64,000 nucleotides of DNA. It comes from Eledone cirrhosa (Eukaryota). Below are positions 58,030 to 64,000 of this stretch, in pieces (positions within the stretch are counted from its first letter, which is position 1; every line of letters begins with the position of its first letter). Made by a program: the position numbers and the translations under genes. The stretch lies in assembly GCA_964016885.1 (NCBI GenBank), contig OZ024743.1, positions 283,588,001 through 283,652,000 of the forward strand, read 5' to 3'. The notes below the pieces were generated by a model. The model ran no database searches, was not told where the DNA came from, and saw only the letters and a list, made by a program, of their open reading frames with translations.

Positions 58030-58720
58030 TGTAGGAGACTATGGGAGAATGTGTGGAAGTGTAGGGGAACCAACTTGGAGCCTAAGCTGAAGGTTTGCTG
58101 TGTAATTGTTTTCACAAACCTCTTCTATGCCTGTGTCCTCTGAACAGTGTATACAATACTTATGAGATATCTCAACTTTTTCCACATGAAATGACTCCTC
58201 AGCATCCTGCACATTTGCTGTTAGAATAGAACCTCTGACACTGAGGTGCTTCAGCAAACCATCAACCCAGGCCTGTACACCCTCTTGCAGGTGGCTCAGA
58301 TGGGATAGGTATGTCAGTCATATGCCAGACTACTGCATCCCAAAGCAGCTACTCTCTCATAAACTGCTAGGAAAAGTATGCTGCTGAGTTTTAAGGAGAC
58401 AAAAGAAGAGATTCAAGGACTTACTAAAAGCATTTCTAAAAGACTTCCTCCTAGGAGCTCTGCCTGCCCAAAACAAACACAACTGGTACAGTCTGTTTCA
58501 CATTAACGCCTAAACAGTTGAATGCAAAATAACTGCTATTGAAAAGCATTTACTCTGCAAAGCTAGAACTAACACTACCTCAAGTGATATACCTTCCAAT
58601 TCATGCCCTTCTTCAGGCAGGCCTCATTATTCACTGCAGAATCCACCAGATCAGATCAAACATACAAGCCAATTTTGAATCTTGGTCATCTTTGACAACG
58701 AAAGACAAAGTCATCCTAGA
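58030..58720 (+). mobile_element. Old degenerate RTE/BovB-like LINE C-terminal fragment
   Basis: Approximate translation across frameshifts: KLKVCCVIVFTNLLYAC..LNFFHMK..DTEVLQQ..LRWDRYVSHMPDYCIPKQLL. Confidence 0.7.
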
Positions 58721-61344
58721 TGTGAAAGGAAATACAATAGTAGAAGTGAAGATGATATCTGTAAAAAAGATTGCTTATAAGTAGTTCCCATCATGTACCT
58801 GTGATTATTGATAGCTTTAGTTACATTGCTTAGTAACCTAAGAAGAACACTTTTTTTTCTTCTGTTTTCTGTTTCCAGTCAGGGGAGAAAATATCTTCCA
58901 AAGTGTCTCTTATAAATTCAATCTTTGTGGTAGTTAAAGCTTAGCAAGACTTTCTAAAAACGTAGCATCTAACTAACTTTATTAAATTATTGGTGTCGGA
59001 ATTTCTATGAAGGAGCCTTTTTTTTTCTTCAAAATTGGTTCTTTATTTGTTAAGCAGAATTTAAAATAGAGAAAAAGGAAACAACAAATAAACACATATA
59101 CTGTCACAACCTTCAATTACTCTTGTCTTGTACAAAAGACATAGTTTTCGTTATTTCCGCTTTTATTTTTTTTTGTTTTGTTTGTAGTTAAACACACGAA
59201 ACAAACGACAAAAAATGCAAATTCAAATTATTGAAATAGATTCCGTTTGTTATAGAAAAAAAGCAAAGTCAGTGACGTTTATTATCTTCGCCACAATTCA
59301 TCTCTAAATTGCCTTTAAAAAAAACCTACTAGAACTGTAATTAGAGATGCGCGGTAAAAATAAAAATAGAAATGAAATGACAAGCAAAGAAAAAATAGAA
59401 ACGACTTACACTAACACAAAATATGGAAATAAAGGAGTAAAGAAAGGAAAAGAAAAAGAAGTTACTTATGTTGCTGTTATTTTCCTTGTTTACATATATA
59501 TATATATAATTTATCAATGGAATAAGACTCGTTTATTTATTTATAAACAATGGCTGTTGTTTTTTACAGATTATTTGGGCATCTATACAAGCGTACGTTT
59601 ATGTGGGGGTATATTATATGTATGTTTCAGTGTATACATATATGTGTGTTTTTTTTATTATAAAAGTGACGAGTGTCACAAACTAAAATATAACATTACA
59701 TAATTATGCTCTTGTTTTTACTATTGTTATGTTTTTTTACCATTATTATTCCTTATGGCCTTGACCAAAGAATGAATGCCATAATTTTTCCTTCCTCTAT
59801 TTCTTCAAAATAAAAAAAATCACAAGCTACATTTTGTAAGAGATAAAGCTATCGGGGAGGCGAATAGCGATCGGGTTTCGAATCCTGCTGTTAACTATTT
59901 CACTTTACTTTTATGTTATATCTTTGTCAAAAGCTTTTATTTGATTTCCTTTATGCTCGATGAACACATAAATATCACACCGTCTCACCATTTCACTCTT
60001 ATTAATCAGTAGTACGATGTGCTTATTTAAAAATCTGATAGGTAAGTTGGTTTCGATTCACGACTGGAGTCACGTCACTTTATAGCTTGTAATTAAGTGT
60101 GTATGTCTTCTCCGGGGTTTTTTTTTGGGGGGGGGGGGGGGCTTATTGGTTTGTCTCTTTTGTAAATTATATTAATTGAGTTATTTATAAATCATATTGC
60201 ACAATATGTTTTAATCACTTTATTTATATGGCTCAATCTCTCCTTTCATTGTGGCGTTGGGTTCGGCTCAGGCAATTAAATCAAGTCATATGGGGGGGGG
60301 GGCGAAATTCTTCTTTCATTAAGCTGGAATCGATAAAATAAAGTACCAATCAAATACTGGGGACGATTTAATTGACTAACACCTGGCCTCACATTTCTAG
60401 CCTTGTACCTATGCTAAAAGATATTAAGGACGTTGAATAGGCAGAATTGTTAGAGTTGGACAAAATGCCTCATGGTATTTGTTGGGGCTCTTTACGTTCT
60501 GAGATCAACATTGAAATTGACCTTTTGGAATCGATAAAATACAATACCAATCAAATATTGGGGTCACTATAATTGATTTACCTCTTCCCCTAAATTTCTG
60601 GTGCTGTGCCAATGTTAGAGAGAATTATTAGTTGAATTGGCAGAATCGGTAGAGCGTCGGACAGAATTCCATGCATCATACCTAGTTCCAAGTTGAAATC
60701 CCACCGAAGTCAACTTTGCCATTCAGGGTATAGTTGATTTAACCCATTGCCCGGTTTAACACCATCATCTGGTCGTTTGGTGACTTTAGCAGAGTCCATT
60801 CTTTTGCAAACTCCAGTAGGTCTGCAAAAACAGTAATGGAGTTCCGTCATCTGGTTGAATAGACAAATATTTCAAAAGGATTGTATCCGTGGGTAAATTC
60901 AATAATTTAAAATAAATTTAAATAAACTTAGCAGTGAAAAAGTTGAAAACCACTAGACAAAGCCACAATGTGAATGTGTGCGTGTGTGCGCGCGTTACAA
61001 ATTAGCATTTCCAGTTGTTTCTATACGCGAAAAAATAACGTAAGTTATAAACTTATTCTTGTCTGAGTACCGAGTAAGTAAACGTCATAGATGACGGATA
61101 AAAATCCCGAAACACGTGTCTGACATTCTCATACAGTGACATGATCACAGATAAAGATATTCATAGCGAGACTCTTGTATGTTTGTTACACATAAACATG
61201 CATATTCCTTCATATATTATGAACCACGCTATGTTAGTGCTAGTGTTAATTATAAAAGAAACACTTGTGATGATTTAATCGTTTGTTTCCTGCCTGAAAA
61301 TTTGTAACCATTTACTACAAATATATTCTTATTATTGGTAGGCG

Positions 61345-61481
61345 CAGGGCCAGCGCCTGACTATCTGGCACCCTAGGCAAGGTTAGATTTTCAAAATTGT
61401 TGTTGATTTGGAGGAATGCACCCCTTGAAATCAGCGCCCTAGGCGGCTGCCTAGTTTGCTTATATAGTAGCGCCGGCCCTG
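61345..61481. mobile_element. hAT-like MITE, 137 bp
   Basis: TIRs CAGGGCCAGCGC / GCGCCGGCCCTG; imperfect 8-bp TSD ggtaggcg / cgtagacg. Confidence 0.7.
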
Positions 61482-62362
61482 CGTAGACGTCATGGAAAAG
61501 TTAAGCACCCGACAAAACAAAGTTTTCACTTCAATTACTACAATAATATGAAAATCCTAACCTTCCATTTTTCCCTTCAACAAAAAATGTTCGAATTTTG
61601 TGTCTATATAAGAAACAATAACGATGACGACGGTGGTGGTGGTGTGATAAAGCTCGTTCGTGGTTGTTGTTTAGTCCTTAGTCTTCTATAAGCCATTTCT
61701 TTTTTTTTAATCTGTCATTTATTTCAAATAACAACACTACAGATATTTAAAAATGGAAAATGAAGGGAAGGGCAAGGGCTCTGGGGTCGCAGAAGAATGA
61801 TAGGAAGGGGGAGGGGGTAATGGACTCTAGGCTTAGGGTGCGGTGGTGTAGGGGCTGCGTCCCACGGACAAGACCGCAATAACATTTTATAATTCCATTC
61901 ACACCAAGGATATATCAGAGAAATATAAATCTGCTCCAGTACTGGAATTTCTCTTTTTTTTTCTGCTTGACCCCGGGAAAATGAAATGCAAATTTCACCT
62001 TGCCAGAATTTGAACTCAGAACGTAACTAAAAATAACTGAATAGATTTATGATCAAAGGCATTCTAATCGAACCATTTCCATCTCCTTTTTTTTTTTTTT
62101 GTGGCGGAGCGGGCATGTGTTTTTCTATTTTGTTTTTTTATGGTAGAGTGATTTGAGGGGAATTTGGTTGCTATTTCTAGCAGTTCGAATGATTACACGA
62201 ACACTCATTCGTTTGCTCGTGAAATCACTAGTAGTATTTATAAGATGTATTTTTAACTGTAGTAGTTTGTTTTGTTTCTTTTAATTTACTCACATTCTGT
62301 TTCGATTTATTCGTTCAAAATATCAACGTTAGTTACACAATATCTGAACTTTTCGTCTCTTA

Positions 62363-62465
62363 GCTGATTTGCATACGCGAGAGGTCACCAGTCCGTGTCA
62401 CTGCTGATTTGCATATGCGAGAGGTCACCAATCCGTGTCGCTTCTCATTTGCATACGAGAGGTCA
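62363..62465 (+). promoter_or_regulatory. Three 40-bp repeats, each with octamer ATTTGCAT and AGGTCA, about 100-200 bp upstream of the ATG
   Basis: ATTTGCAT at 62,367, 62,407 and 62,447; AGGTCA at 62,382, 62,422 and 62,460; the region is locally CpG-richer. Confidence 0.6.
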
Positions 62466-62559
62466 TGTAGCAGGCCCAAACGAGGAAACACACAACACCA
62501 CGCGCAGTAGTATAGTGAGGTACGAAAGGATATGTTCTCTACGGATTTTCTCCGCTATC

Positions 62560-62605
62560 ATGGCTAGTAACGGACACAGTGGCCCTATGAAAGTCAGACT
62601 TACAG
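62560..62605 (+). CDS. SMURF: Probable first coding exon of a SMURF-like C2-WW-HECT E3 ubiquitin ligase
   Basis: ATGG start, MASNGHSGPMKVRLT plus G, then donor GTAGGT (phase 1). It resembles the recalled human SMURF2 N-terminus (NGPVKLRLT|VLCAKNL), with the intron at the same position. Only 15 aa are visible. Confidence 0.7.
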
Positions 62606-64000
62606 GTAGGTTTCCTTATATTTTCTTCCCATCATCAAACATCTTGTTAAGATGAAGGTATTAAAGCACAAAGTAATCAGTCTAACTTACAATGTGTATA
62701 TTAAGTGCCTACTACCACGCATATGTATTAAAATATGGCCGCCGCTCTTTTTTTTTATATTAGGGATAGCCTAAACTTACAACAACGAACACTTTAGTAT
62801 ATTTGGGATGAAAAATTTTTAAGGGGGAATATGATGTTAATTTATTGCTAATTATTTTCTTTATTAGAAGCCAGTTCCTATTCTTATACTATATATATAC
62901 CCACATATATAATATATCTATATGTTTGATGTGTGTCTACCCCAGTTTGATGGTTTTTTGAGGCTCTGAAAGAAAGTTCTTTGTGCCTTACAACTGATTC
63001 CGCTTAAATTGAATGGCTAAAAGTATTGTTTATCTTTGTGATAATATTAGTAGTAGTAATACTGACAATAAAAAGTGGTTCGGATTAGTTATTTTAAATA
63101 AATCTTGATATTTCTCTTTGGTTAAATTTAGTCATATATTTAATATTTAAATTCGTACACGCCATCGCGATTGTCTTAGGTATAATCTTCAAGAACTTTC
63201 ACACCCCTTATTCATTTCGATTGGTAATTAGATGTGAAGAGTGTGTGTGTTGGTTTAGTCATATCCATCAAGACAATCAGACTATAGAAATCACATACGT
63301 TCATCGGTGCGTGTGGACACACACGCATACACATACACACACACCTATATATATATTTATATGTATGTGTGAGCCGGCTTATATATGGTGGGGCGGGGGG
63401 GGGGAATAATGTGTGTGTGTGCCGGTATATATATATTTATGTGTGTGTGTGCCGGTATATATATATATTTATATGTGTGTGATCGAGAAGACTATAATTC
63501 AACAAACGGCTCAATGTTTAATAATTTAGCGTATTCTTATTAAGTGTGTGTGTGTGTGTGTGTGTGTTTACAAACAAGAAGGAAAAGAAAACACAGAAGT
63601 AGTGAGTTTTGTGATAACTGTAATCACACCACAATCAATGTATATAATGTATATATATCTTGTATATATATATTATATATATGTATTGTATATAATATAT
63701 ATATGTGTGTAATATATCAATTCGCTTGGGGAAACTATATATATATATGGAAGTGATGAACAGCAGCACTTTATAATAATCATAATGAAATTTTAATTAT
63801 TGCTTATATACTTGTACAGATTTTTATCACTCATGTTTCATGTCTACTTGGAATCCAGATAAATTTAGTTAGTTATTTTTCGACTTACTGTTTGTTTCTT
63901 TATTTTCATCGACTATGTTATCTATAAACTAGAATTTAGCATTGCTTTTGTAGTTTCTGGTGTTATATTGTTTAAAACTATAAATATATATTTAGTATTG

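Noticed and set aside
60815-60957. Possible hAT MITE
   Set aside because: The termini match poorly and there is no convincing TSD.

Overview
Eukaryotic, AT-rich, microsatellite-dense metazoan DNA. The SINE, RTE and (TA)n landscape looks like an octopod cephalopod; this is inference. Bases 1-22,925 are one tandem array of about 850 x 27-bp units with higher-order duplications. On the minus strand it reads as a mucin-like PPTPTTST(A/V) repeat. The poly-Leu/Val plus-strand ORFs are antisense shadows of that array. Bases 23-62 kb are mostly mobile-element remnants: 5'-truncated RTE LINEs with a PHD-type finger in the RT and (GAT)n tails, a CRE-like LINE remnant, two DD37D (maT) Tc1/mariner copies, hAT, TTAA-type and mariner MITEs, two SINE families, and several Penelope-type hammerhead ribozyme motifs, one of them inside a ~300-bp hairpin. 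Near the end is a probable first coding exon of a SMURF-like HECT E3 ligase (62,560-62,605, +), preceded by three 40-bp repeats that each carry an octamer and an AGGTCA site. All calls were made by eye; no database searches were run.
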